In this document: in pieces, positions 9,612 to 18,675 of the stretch
Layout: each line of letters begins with the position of its first letter
How positions within the stretch are numbered: position 1 is the stretch's first letter
Notes under the pieces: generated by a model
Told to the model about the DNA's origin: nothing
Database searches by the model: none
The model's input: the letters and a program-made list of their open reading frames with translations, nothing else
Assembly (NCBI GenBank): GCA_965371665.1
Contig: CBDUZI010000001.1
Location: 9,411 to 73,410, forward strand
Direction: 5' to 3'
Length of the DNA: 64,000 bases
From: an uncultured bacterium
GTDB lineage: Bacteria; Oederibacteriota; JAAXVQ01; JAUVAV01
Made by a program: the position numbers and the translations under genes

Positions 9612-12600
9612 CTAGAAAGTTACGGTTACCTGGGCCCAGACAGCGTTCTGACCCCAGTTTTTTTCATTTTCAAAAGGAAAATAAACTTTGTTCATTTCGC
9701 CATGCAGCCGTATGTAACCCCCGGCTAAATCCCGCAGCAGACCCACGGCCAGTTTGTCGCGTATCTCCTCCGCTTGTCCGTGTTTAGACATGCAGGAAAT
9801 TTCGCGACCGAAATCTAAGGAAAATTTATATTCATTGAAAAACAGCACCGAGTTTTGCAGGTAAAGCCCGTGGAAGATAGGTACATCCCAGTTCTCGTCC
9901 GGTTCATACCCCTGCGGCAAATAATAGGTATTGTGAATCGGGGCACTCGCATTGGCCTGCCTCCCGCCGAACCGACCGATATAGACTGGCTGCATGGCAA
10001 AGACCTCTTCCAGCAGATAATGCTTATAGCGGATATCCACCGTAGCTAAGTTGCCGTAATACCTCCTGCGTTCTCTATCCAGCTCCTGGTCCAGCCGGAA
10101 GCGATCCAAGAGAGTCATTTTCAATCCAAAGGGAGCATTGTATATAACTTTCAGCTCAGGAGTCACGGTTAAATTGTCGGTGTAATCCAAGGTGAGCGGG
10201 ATTTCCTCGTCATTGGCTGTGTAAAGGGCGTACTGATCCGAGATATCGTCTCGGATTCTCGCCCCATAAGCGCCGACTTCAAACACCCAATCGTCAATAT
10301 CTGTATTCTTATACTTTAGGGTCAAGGATACGGATTGGTTTCTGCCAGGCTTGGAAAGCCGTTTGATATAATGTCCGTCCAAGCGTATTTCCATATTAGA
10401 AGCATAAGTACCTTCCAACACCTGGCGAGGAATAATCGCCGAAAAGGAATATCCTCTTTGATCGCGACGATAAGGATAATCCGGCTCGTGGTCGTTTTCC
10501 CGGCTGTCAAGGATACCGTTGTGATTCAAATCCTCGCTTTCGTGGAAAAGGTAATCCTGCGGAATGTACAGACCGTTGACGTATTCCTGACTAGGCTGGC
10601 CCAGATTGTAAAAATCACCGAAAATGACCCCGTTTTTTTCCGTATCCCAGTCCGGAAGAAGCGCACAACTGTCATTATCCTCCACCACGTCATAATTCAG
10701 CAGCTTGGTGGAATAATCCTTAGACAAGTTGAAATAACTAGCCTTTAAAAGCGCACCCTCGATCCCGCGGGAAAGGGTAACGAAATAGGCATTGGCCATA
10801 CGGTTCACGCGGTCGCCAGTATAAGCTTGATTGTGCGCGATGGAAACTGCGTATTCGGCTGCCAGGTTGATGCCTAAAAGCTGGCCGCGTAAATCCGCTC
10901 CGAGTATGGAGCACGCCTGCGTACCTTCGTCCCTAAAGGTCCCGCTTTTCAGCCTCTCCAGCTGGTCTGCCGTAAGGGTATAGTCAACATCCACTACAGG
11001 CTCATGCGTTGTAAATGTGCTGTAACTTTCAATTAGCCGCCAGTTTTCGCCGTCCGAAGAAATACTGAAATCGATAGTGCCATCATCGGGGATATGCCAA
11101 CAGCTAAGCTCCAGGTGTCCGGAAACGGCTTGTATCTGGGAAGGTAGCACGCGTCCTCCGCTGTTGGCGCCTGTGGTTAGAACCAAGGGAACTCTTAAGA
11201 CCAGGTAACCGCCCTCATTGATACCCCGGGCGGCATTGTTCGGGTCGGTGTCGATCAGGTCTATGTAGGTGTTACTTTGGTCGGAGACGTATGCTATACT
11301 ACTGTCATCAACATCCGGGCTGAAATCCGGTGATATTGGATTTCCGGCAGAATTGGCGATGGTCATGTAATTAGTGTCTTCTGTCTTGAAATAAAGATTG
11401 GATTCATTGGGATGGGTGGTGTTGGTGGTATGATTCTCGATTTTAACGTAAACCGAAGGTACGAAATTTTGATAAACCTCGGGCGGCTCGTCTGGGCCCA
11501 TGAACAGGTTAGTATCCATCTCGCCGTTGCTTTTGGATAAATTGACGGCCGAAAGACCAAGCTGCACCGTGCCGATCCGGATGGAGAAATTCTTGGCCGC
11601 ACGCAGGCCGGTCATGAAAACGTTGGTTTTATTATAATCGCTACTGGAGGATGACAGCCGGGTTCCAAACAGCTTGAAACATATGTCCCCAAGCTTCGGC
11701 TGCCAGAGAATGCCTCGAAAAGTAGAGGCTTTCTTAAAAGTCAGGTCCGTGAACAGTGGTTCGTAAACCGTACCGAGCTGGGCCATATTTCCGATGTATA
11801 AATCCTGATATCTCAACAAGCCATAGTCGAGCTGGGGAGTAAGATAGCGGCCAGCTGGTTCTTCCCAGCGGACGTTATTTTTCTCGTTGATTATGTCGTA
11901 GCCCAAAGAGGCCCAGATATCGACATTTTCAAAAGGGTGAATATAGGAAATTAAATAAAATTTTTGCGTAATTTCATTGAACCCGATATCCTTCAAAGGG
12001 ATACCCCAGCGGTTCAGTCCGGTCCAGTCCTCGTTTTTGGCCACGCCGTCCAGCCACATAGCACGATAGGTTTGATAGGCTACGCCAGAAATTTTGAGAA
12101 TATCCGCATCTTTGGCAGGTGCAATGGCCTCGGGTTTCACTCCCGGGATTGGTAGCATAATCCCCTGGGCTGTCGCCATCTTGCTGGAGAAGCCGATGGC
12201 ATTTAAGGCAACTTGAGTGCCAGCGCCTTCCAGAAAAAACTCAATAAAAAAAGTCTGCTCAGTTTTCCAGCCTGTGAGATCAGGCACATTGGCCATATAG
12301 ACGCCGGCTCGGGAGAAGCGGGGAGTAATTATACGAAAATTATCCGGATTGCGGGCATGAATCAAATGCACCCTTACTTTTCCACGTTCTAATTCACGTC
12401 CCAATTCGATCTCCAAATAGGGATACTTGGAAAAATCCACGGTCAAAGGTTTTTTCGGAGACAAAAATCTGCCATATGTCACCTTTTCTTTTAATTTCAG
12501 CAGGATTTCCCCACCCTTTTGAACCTTTGCAATGGTATTCAAGCCCTTTTCAATTGAATTATCACGCCAGCCATTCAAACCTTTTGCCCAATTCTCAAAA

Positions 12601-13226
12601 TACTTATAAGATTTTGATTTATCTCCTCTAAAATCCTTTTTAACTTTTCGAGCCCCTTTGGCCAATAGACTTTTAGCGACTTTGGATTTTTCAGACTTTG
12701 CCAAACTCTGCGCAGGCTTATTGACCAGTGCCAGACCTTCCCCGATTCGCAACTGGGAAACCTTTGCCTCAGCACCAGAGCCTCCCAACCAGAGGGTGAC
12801 CCAGAAATCTTTAATTTCTTTCCACGGCGTTGATTTCATGATGCTCACGCTGTAGATTCCGGGTTGGGTAATTCCATTCAAAATCTTATACCCGGCATAA
12901 GGCCGATGCGCGTCCATAAGCTCCACGTCCATCGAGCCGTCCTCACTTATCTCATCTATAATAATCTGAAGAACCAAGCCAGAGGTAATATTCATGGCAA
13001 TGGCTTTTTCAGGAGTCATAACCTTACCATACTCGAAGCTGCCCGGCACAGAGATCAAGGCCTGTTTCTCATGCCTCTCCAGCAGCGCATGGAAGTCGGG
13101 ATTGGTCCGGTTATCCCGCCAACCCTTAAACTCGGCTTGGTAAAAATCCTGTACCGCCAACGAGGGAATAACCGATATCACTAAGGCTAGCAGCAGAAAA
13201 CATGTGCCGAAACGAAACTGCTTCAT
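9612..13226 (-). CDS. 1204-aa outer-membrane protein: 2 N-terminal shared modules + very large C-terminal beta-barrel-like region
   Basis: AGGAGGGGAGAG lies directly upstream of the ATG; signal peptide MKQFRFGTCFLLLALVISVIPSLA. Modules at about 13151-12735 (FKGWRDNRTNPDF) and 12608-12189 (TVDFSKYPYLEIELG), joined by a Lys-rich linker. The remaining 850 aa or so are rich in alternating aromatic/polar strands and end in NAVWAQVTVTF (a C-terminal Phe, as in OMP signatures). Confidence 0.8.
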   Translation of the reverse strand: MKQFRFGTCFLLLALVISVIPSLAVQDFYQAEFKGWRDNRTNPDFHALLERHEKQALISVPGSFEYGKVMTPEKAIAMNITSGLVLQIIIDEISEDGSMDVELMDAHRPYAGYKILNGITQPGIYSVSIMKSTPWKEIKDFWVTLWLGGSGAEAKVSQLRIGEGLALVNKPAQSLAKSEKSKVAKSLLAKGARKVKKDFRGDKSKSYKYFENWAKGLNGWRDNSIEKGLNTIAKVQKGGEILLKLKEKVTYGRFLSPKKPLTVDFSKYPYLEIELGRELERGKVRVHLIHARNPDNFRIITPRFSRAGVYMANVPDLTGWKTEQTFFIEFFLEGAGTQVALNAIGFSSKMATAQGIMLPIPGVKPEAIAPAKDADILKISGVAYQTYRAMWLDGVAKNEDWTGLNRWGIPLKDIGFNEITQKFYLISYIHPFENVDIWASLGYDIINEKNNVRWEEPAGRYLTPQLDYGLLRYQDLYIGNMAQLGTVYEPLFTDLTFKKASTFRGILWQPKLGDICFKLFGTRLSSSSSDYNKTNVFMTGLRAAKNFSIRIGTVQLGLSAVNLSKSNGEMDTNLFMGPDEPPEVYQNFVPSVYVKIENHTTNTTHPNESNLYFKTEDTNYMTIANSAGNPISPDFSPDVDDSSIAYVSDQSNTYIDLIDTDPNNAARGINEGGYLVLRVPLVLTTGANSGGRVLPSQIQAVSGHLELSCWHIPDDGTIDFSISSDGENWRLIESYSTFTTHEPVVDVDYTLTADQLERLKSGTFRDEGTQACSILGADLRGQLLGINLAAEYAVSIAHNQAYTGDRVNRMANAYFVTLSRGIEGALLKASYFNLSKDYSTKLLNYDVVEDNDSCALLPDWDTEKNGVIFGDFYNLGQPSQEYVNGLYIPQDYLFHESEDLNHNGILDSRENDHEPDYPYRRDQRGYSFSAIIPRQVLEGTYASNMEIRLDGHYIKRLSKPGRNQSVSLTLKYKNTDIDDWVFEVGAYGARIRDDISDQYALYTANDEEIPLTLDYTDNLTVTPELKVIYNAPFGLKMTLLDRFRLDQELDRERRRYYGNLATVDIRYKHYLLEEVFAMQPVYIGRFGGRQANASAPIHNTYYLPQGYEPDENWDVPIFHGLYLQNSVLFFNEYKFSLDFGREISCMSKHGQAEEIRDKLAVGLLRDLAGGYIRLHGEMNKVYFPFENEKNWGQNAVWAQVTVTF

Positions 13227-13272
13227 CTCTCCCCTCCTGATATGAGTGGTTATTTAAGGCTGAAATATAAGA

Positions 13273-14313
13273 TTAATTTCGGATGTGAATATATTTGATG
13301 CCCGCCCCGGCCTCGGTCTCCGGAGCTCCGGTAGTTCCCATCCAAATTTGAATCCAAAAAACTTTAGCGCCTCTCCATTTGGTCTTTTCGTTAATATTTA
13401 CCGTATATACCCCAGGGCGGGTAACAAAAGGCATGAGAGTGTAGTTAGTGTAAGGTGCCTGCGCAAGCATAAGTTCAACTTTTACTTTGCTCGTCCCCAT
13501 ATCCCCAAAAGCAATCTCAAATTTTGTGGAAGGGGTAATCTTGGCTTTAATCCCGCTTGAATCTGACATCAACTTACAATATTTTCTGCCAGGAATTATT
13601 TTTAGCCGCGGAACATCTCCTTCAAAATTCAACTCACTCCCGAATTCCGGGTCGGTTTCAGCCGTTCTCCACCCCCCAACTCCATTCCTGAAATCTTCAA
13701 AAAAGATACTGTTTGGGGGCATAGGCGCAAACTTTTTCAAGGTAAACGCTTTTATGGCCGCCAGCTTTCTTTGTTTTTCTAAAATATTAGCATCCTGAAA
13801 AAAAACCTCCTTGATAATCACACTTTTTTTTTCACCTTCCAGCCAGACCTTGATCCACATGCTGGTAACACCCTTCCAGCCTGTCAACTCATGAACATTT
13901 GCTTTATATTCTCCTGATTTTCCTTGAAGTTTGGCAACCCGATAGGAATTATAAGGTTCATAAGCATGCATTAAATAAACCGTTGCTATTGTGTCCGGAG
14001 CAATTCGGTCAACCTTGATGACAATCTCGGTTTTCCGGGTAATATTAATGGTAATCGGGTCGGCTTTTGACATCGCTTTACCGTAGGCCACGTTAGGGGT
14101 CGAAATCTTTAGTCTTCTTCCCTGTACCTGTACCTGCGTATTAAAACCAAGATCAGTAGAATTATCCCGCCAATTTTTAAAGTCTTCCTGATAGACAATC
14201 CCTAACCCTTCATTATCATTACTTTTTTTTGCGAATGAAGTCCGAAGAAGTAAGAAGGAAAAAAGCATCACTATAATAATAGTCGGACAAAAAAACATTT
14301 TTGAAGGGTGCAT
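13273..14313 (-). CDS. secreted protein made of two shared modules
   Basis: The ORF track starts at 14349. The ATG at 14313 has AAAGGAAA 6 nt upstream and gives the signal peptide MHPSKMFFCPTIIIVMLFSFLLLRTSFA. Modules at about 14205-13794 (DFKNWRDNSTDLGF ... TGWKGVTSMWIKVWLEG) and 13706-13276. Confidence 0.8.
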   Translation of the reverse strand: MHPSKMFFCPTIIIVMLFSFLLLRTSFAKKSNDNEGLGIVYQEDFKNWRDNSTDLGFNTQVQVQGRRLKISTPNVAYGKAMSKADPITINITRKTEIVIKVDRIAPDTIATVYLMHAYEPYNSYRVAKLQGKSGEYKANVHELTGWKGVTSMWIKVWLEGEKKSVIIKEVFFQDANILEKQRKLAAIKAFTLKKFAPMPPNSIFFEDFRNGVGGWRTAETDPEFGSELNFEGDVPRLKIIPGRKYCKLMSDSSGIKAKITPSTKFEIAFGDMGTSKVKVELMLAQAPYTNYTLMPFVTRPGVYTVNINEKTKWRGAKVFWIQIWMGTTGAPETEAGAGIKYIHIRN

Positions 14314-14442
14314 ACAAATTTCCTTTCTCAAAACTAAATTTGGAGACAAACCGACTATTAGGGAGTTGTCCCGAATGGTACTAACTTAAGAGTTTTATTT
14401 GGCATTATCACTAATTTACGTAATTAAATTTAAAATCACAAT

Positions 14443-14577
14443 GTCATTCCCGAATGTATTTATCGGGAATCCAGGTGTAATGCTAAATAAAGAATATTAT
14501 TATACCTCTGGTTCCCCGATTAAAGCATTCGGGTATGACAACCCTTTCAGAAAACACTCTTTCCGCAACAGAAACTA
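14443..14577. repeat. intergenic hairpin element, type B, copy 2
   Basis: Long imperfect inverted repeat GTCATTCCCGAATGTATTTATCGGGAATCCAGG (14443-) / CCTCTGGTTCCCCGATTAAAGCATTCGGGTATGAC (-14539), followed by CTCTTTCCGCAACAGAAACTA (14557-14577). Same stem ends (GTCATTCC/GGxATGAC) and same 3' box as 146-263. Confidence 0.7.
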
Positions 14578-14705
14578 ACTAAATATTTATTTGTTACTTC
14601 TTGTTATAGGGGGTTGCTTGTGATCAAATAACCGCGTAAAGAAAATACTCTTGTTTCCGAGAAATTCTTCTTTTTCCCGGAAACAAGAGAAATATTTTTC
14701 ATCTA

Positions 14706-15329
14706 TTATTTTTTTACTTTTTCAGCGCTTTTTACTTTTACCTTACTTTTTACTTTGTCACTTTTCTTCTTTATTCTACTTTTCTTCTTAATTTTACTTT
14801 TTCTTCCTTTTTCCTTTGCGACTATTTTTTTGCCATCTGTAATGCATACATCCGATATCTTCGCAACGGGATTTTCCTCCCCGCCTATCCAGATTTCTAT
14901 CCAAAAAGTATGTTCCTCCTGCCCCGGCCATGGCGTCTTTTCAGCCAGCTTCGCGGTATAAACTCCTTTGTCACTTGCTTCGGCAATGAGTTTATGGGAA
15001 TCATAAGGGTCACCAGCTGTCATAAGTTTAACTGTAATGGAGCCTTGGGAAATATCATCAAGCAATTTCAGGGAAAGCTCTGTGTTTTCTTCGATATTAA
15101 TTGTAATTCCAGCTTCAGATGACATAACCTTTCCAATTTTTTTCTCAGGAATAGCAGTTATAATCCCGATTTCATTCTTCTCATCCAATTCAAACTTGGC
15201 CTTAAATCCTGGATTGGTACTCTCATCGCGCCAATCGGAGAAATCATCCTTATACAAATTTTTTCCCTGCACAGAAGCAACGATACCCAGAGCGAATACA
15301 GCCGTTAAAAATACTTTTAAAAATTTCAT
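14706..15329 (-). CDS. secreted single-module protein with poly-Lys C-terminal tail
   Basis: GGGGAGGGAAG upstream of the ATG; signal peptide MKFLKVFLTAVFALGIVASVQG. One module at about 15260-14835 (DFSDWRDESTNPGF ... HTFWIEIWIGGEENPVAKISDVCI). Tail at 14834-14709: KEKGRKSKIKKKSRIKKKSDKVKSKVKVKSAEKVKK. Confidence 0.8.
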   Translation of the reverse strand: MKFLKVFLTAVFALGIVASVQGKNLYKDDFSDWRDESTNPGFKAKFELDEKNEIGIITAIPEKKIGKVMSSEAGITINIEENTELSLKLLDDISQGSITVKLMTAGDPYDSHKLIAEASDKGVYTAKLAEKTPWPGQEEHTFWIEIWIGGEENPVAKISDVCITDGKKIVAKEKGRKSKIKKKSRIKKKSDKVKSKVKVKSAEKVKK

Positions 15330-15613
15330 TTTCTTCCCTCCCCATCAAAAATTTTAAACTTACTTTTTTTGGGGTAACTGAAAACCCCTAAAAATGGACG
15401 CTTATAATAAAATAAGTTATTTCACTTTAAAAGTCAAATAAATTATCCATCCCGCCTAAAAAATTCCCTCCTTTCTTTATGATTTTCATCGAGATATGTG
15501 GGTTCTTTCCTTAAATATTAGTTAAGACCTCGGCAAGAGCAAAAATATTACATAACTAATGTGAGTTACTTAAACAAAATATAGCATATTTCCGAAATAT
15601 ACTGCGCTCCGGG

Positions 15614-16618
15614 TTACTCGCCGGCTGGACCGATCTTGATCTCATCATAACGTGTGCCGGTAGCCGGGCCGGCCGTGCCTTGCTCTACTATCAGCTCAAT
15701 TATAAATTCCTTGCTGCCTTCCCAGCCTGTGATACTTTTAATGTCATAATTATAGATGCCGGGTCCAAAATACTGGCTAATCAAAATACTATCCTGGCCG
15801 GTCTCTTTCAGAAAAATCTTGTTGCCTGTACCAGAATCAACTCCGGTCACCACCACTCGCATATTATTATTCCCATCCACATCCAATGTTATGGTATCCG
15901 AGTATACAATGCCCCAGACATCGCCGGCCCCAAAGGTTACCTTGGCGGAATCATCTCCATTTGTGAGGATTTGCCCATTATGGCCAGTGTACCATCCCCC
16001 GGGCTGGCCGGGGTCTTCTTCATAATGCTCGACATAGCCATCAGAACCGGAGTTATAAATCCAGATCTCATCGTAACGCGTGCCGCCCGAATTTGGACCA
16101 CCTGTTCCTTTTTCCGCCACCAACTCGATAAGAATTTCCTTGGTGCCGGTCCACGGTATACTAAAATTGTAAATCCCCGCCCCAAAATATTCGGCAATTG
16201 TAACCTTTTCCTCGGTTACGACATTTTTTAGAATTATTTTGTTGTTGGTGTCAGAATCCACATCAGTTACCACCATGCGCATACTGTTATTTTCATTTAG
16301 ATCGATTTCAAAAGGGTCGCAGTACACAACACCCCAAACATCGCTTGCACTGTAAATGGCCTTGGCCGAACCGGTTCCGTTAGTCGTTATCTGGCCATTA
16401 TAGCCTGGGTTCCATCCCCCGGGTTGGCTGGTAGTGGTTTCCTCAAAATGCTCTAAATAGGGATCAGCTACATCCCCTGCCATTTTCACGGTGAGAGTAT
16501 AATTTAGCGCTTCGGCTGCAAATATCTGGCTGCTGCAGAAGAACAACAATGTCAAGCCTAAAGAGGCTGCGCGCATATCCTGCCAATAATTTCTCTGCCG
16601 GCAGCTAATTGTTTTCAT
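15614..16618 (-). CDS. secreted protein made of two tandem shared-module copies
   Basis: The ORF track starts at 16672. The ATG at 16618 has GGGGGA 7 nt upstream and gives the signal peptide MKTISCRQ..SLGLTLLFFCSSQIFA. Internal tandem duplication: YLEHFEETTTSQPGGWNPGYNGQITTNG...RYDEIWIY versus YVEHYEEDPGQPGGWYTGHNGQILTNG...RYDEIKI (about 16465-16057 and 16045-15640). Confidence 0.8.
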   Translation of the reverse strand: MKTISCRQRNYWQDMRAASLGLTLLFFCSSQIFAAEALNYTLTVKMAGDVADPYLEHFEETTTSQPGGWNPGYNGQITTNGTGSAKAIYSASDVWGVVYCDPFEIDLNENNSMRMVVTDVDSDTNNKIILKNVVTEEKVTIAEYFGAGIYNFSIPWTGTKEILIELVAEKGTGGPNSGGTRYDEIWIYNSGSDGYVEHYEEDPGQPGGWYTGHNGQILTNGDDSAKVTFGAGDVWGIVYSDTITLDVDGNNNMRVVVTGVDSGTGNKIFLKETGQDSILISQYFGPGIYNYDIKSITGWEGSKEFIIELIVEQGTAGPATGTRYDEIKIGPAGE

Positions 16619-16655
16619 ACTCTTTCCCCCTGCTTTATAAAAAACCGGAACCAAA

Positions 16656-16789
16656 CTTAACCGCAGATGCACGCCGATTAAGAATCTTTTTTAAATCCCC
16701 CCCTCCTCCCCCCTTGAAAAAGAGGGATAGAAGAAGCACCCTTAGTAAAGGGATGATTCGGGGAATTTATCTGCGTTCATCGGCGGTTA
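16656..16789. repeat. intergenic repeat element, type A, full MITE-like unit with terminal inverted repeats
   Basis: Left end TTAACCGCAGATGCACGCCGAT (16656-16677) is the inverted copy (19/22) of the right end ATCTGCGTTCATCGGCGGTTAA (16768-16789). The spacer is about 90 nt. The right-end TTA provides the stop codon of the OmpA-fusion gene (16789-16787). Confidence 0.7.
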
Positions 16790-18556
16790 AAGAGTTTCGG
16801 CCGGTGGTGGCTGCTTGTTGTTTTGGCGATGCTGCTGCTCGAACATTTTCTCGATCTCATCCGGCTTCAACTGCATCTCATAAACTTTTAATTTTTCCCT
16901 GAGTCTTTCGAGATCATCATAACGGATGATGTCCTCCGGGCTGATCTGCTCCCTGACCAAATCCGCGGCTGCGGGTCCTGGCTTCGCAGTGGGCGTTATG
17001 GTTTCCGCAGCCCCTTTCTCTTGTCTGGGAGCGGTCGTGGAGGTTACTATTCCAGCCGGGATCAAAACCTTGAATTCTACGCGCCGATTGGTCGCGCGGC
17101 CTTTGGTCGACTTGTTGCTCGCAATCGGCCGGGTCTCGCCGAACCCGACCGGGATAAGGTTGAAGGAATTTAATTTAAACCTGCCTGCCAGGTATTCCTT
17201 GACCGATTCCACCCTCCGCTGTGAGAGCCGCTGGTTGTACTTGGCTTTGCCTACTGAATCCGTGTGCCCCTCGAGCCTCACTTTAATCTGGAGATATTTT
17301 TCCAGGATGGCACCAATCTGATCCATGGTTTTGAATGACCTCCGCGTAAGCGTGGCCTTGCCGGACTGGAACTGGATGGGCGGCGCCTTACCCAGTTTGA
17401 TAAGTTCGTCTACCTGATTCAATTCCGTCCGGACCTGCTGGATTTCCATCCTTAACTTGTCCACCATGGCCTTGAGCCTGGCTTCATCGCGGGCACGCTG
17501 CTCGGCCAGCTCCTGCTCGCGCTTGGCTGCCAGGTTTTCCTCTGGCGCGATCATTGCGGTCGGGGCCGGAGTGGGTTTGGGTTCAGGCCGTTGGCTCCAA
17601 CTGGCGGTCAAGGCCAGGCGGTGGGTGCCATAGGTCTTCTGGATATAGAATGGCAGGGCAAAGGCATAGTCGATCTTCAGCCGAGTCATGTTCAACTGCG
17701 GGAAGGTGTATTGCCCGCTGAAGCCGACGGTGAATTCGGTGGAATTCACTCCTGTACGGGCTGCTATCAGACCGTTTAAAAACCAACTCTCAGCGCCAAA
17801 CCGGACCGTGTTTTTATTCTGCGCGTAATTGCGGTTGACCAGTTCGGCAGAGAGCAGGATGTCATCGACCACAGAGTTGATGGGTTTTAAATCATGGCTC
17901 CAGGACACGCCCAAACGGAAGATGCAGGGTACCTCCTCATAGGTGGTAACCCCTACATCTGTTGGGATTAGATTTTCCAAGCACATGCCGACCACGAATT
18001 TTTCCGGAAGCGGATAGAGCACAGCCAGATCCGCGGTAAAACCGGTCTTGGAAAGCGCCTCGGTGTAATCATTGGCATCTACTGACCAGTTCAATATCTT
18101 AAGGTTCGCACCTACATGCAAGGTTTCGGTCTCATACTTTAAACTGCGGGCATACCCTATATTAAAGGTATTCTCGCGGTAAAAATATGAATTGAACTGG
18201 GACCAGGAAGCGCCAAAATACCCTATTTCCGGATTAACCGGTATAGCCGCGGAAATAAAACTATATCCCAAAGAGTCTCGTTGGCCCGTGAATAAACGTC
18301 CCTCAAATCCCGAAAAGAGACTGGCATACATAGAAGTAATTTCATAGCGGTCCATTAAAACCAAGCCCGCCGGATTCCAGTTGACAGCATTGGCATCATC
18401 AGCCACTGCCACAAAGGCCCGTCCCATACCACAGGGCCGCACCCCGGCGCCATAGTCAAAAAAGTAAGCCCAACCGTCAGCCGCAAGCAGACTCAAGCCC
18501 AGGCTGACAACAGCCAGGCAGAACCTAAACCTATAATGTCTTGTCTTAAGTTTCAT
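16787..18556 (-). CDS. outer-membrane beta-barrel (PorV/PorQ/FadL-like) fused to coiled coil and OmpA/MotB-type peptidoglycan-binding domain
   Basis: The track start is a GTG at 18565. The ATG at 18556 has GGGGTG 6 nt upstream. Signal peptide ..CLAVVSLGLSLLAADGWA. Barrel at about 18470-17590 with CGMGRAFVAVADDANAVNWNPAGL. Coiled coil at about 17560-17390. OmpA-like domain at about 17385-17060 (QFQSGKATL...VRLEGHTDSVGKAKYNQRLSQRRVESV...NRRVEFKVL). An 85-aa tail follows. Confidence 0.85.
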   Translation of the reverse strand: MKLKTRHYRFRFCLAVVSLGLSLLAADGWAYFFDYGAGVRPCGMGRAFVAVADDANAVNWNPAGLVLMDRYEITSMYASLFSGFEGRLFTGQRDSLGYSFISAAIPVNPEIGYFGASWSQFNSYFYRENTFNIGYARSLKYETETLHVGANLKILNWSVDANDYTEALSKTGFTADLAVLYPLPEKFVVGMCLENLIPTDVGVTTYEEVPCIFRLGVSWSHDLKPINSVVDDILLSAELVNRNYAQNKNTVRFGAESWFLNGLIAARTGVNSTEFTVGFSGQYTFPQLNMTRLKIDYAFALPFYIQKTYGTHRLALTASWSQRPEPKPTPAPTAMIAPEENLAAKREQELAEQRARDEARLKAMVDKLRMEIQQVRTELNQVDELIKLGKAPPIQFQSGKATLTRRSFKTMDQIGAILEKYLQIKVRLEGHTDSVGKAKYNQRLSQRRVESVKEYLAGRFKLNSFNLIPVGFGETRPIASNKSTKGRATNRRVEFKVLIPAGIVTSTTAPRQEKGAAETITPTAKPGPAAADLVREQISPEDIIRYDDLERLREKLKVYEMQLKPDEIEKMFEQQHRQNNKQPPPAETL

Positions 18557-18591
18557 CGTTATCACCCCGGTCCAGCCGGAACCAAAAATGC

Positions 18592-18666
18592 GAAAAAATC
18601 ACTATCTTCCTGCCACAAGTGCTTAATTGCGTTCATCTGTGTGCATCGGCGTTCATCGGCGGTTAA
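18592..18666. repeat. intergenic repeat element, type A (internal part + duplicated right core)
   Basis: GAAAAAATCACTATCTTCCTGCCACAAGTGCTTAATTGCGTTCATCTGTGTGCATCGGCGTTCATCGGCGGTTAA, located between the 316-aa gene stop and the OmpA-fusion start. Confidence 0.75.
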
Positions 18667-18675
18667 TTTTCCACA

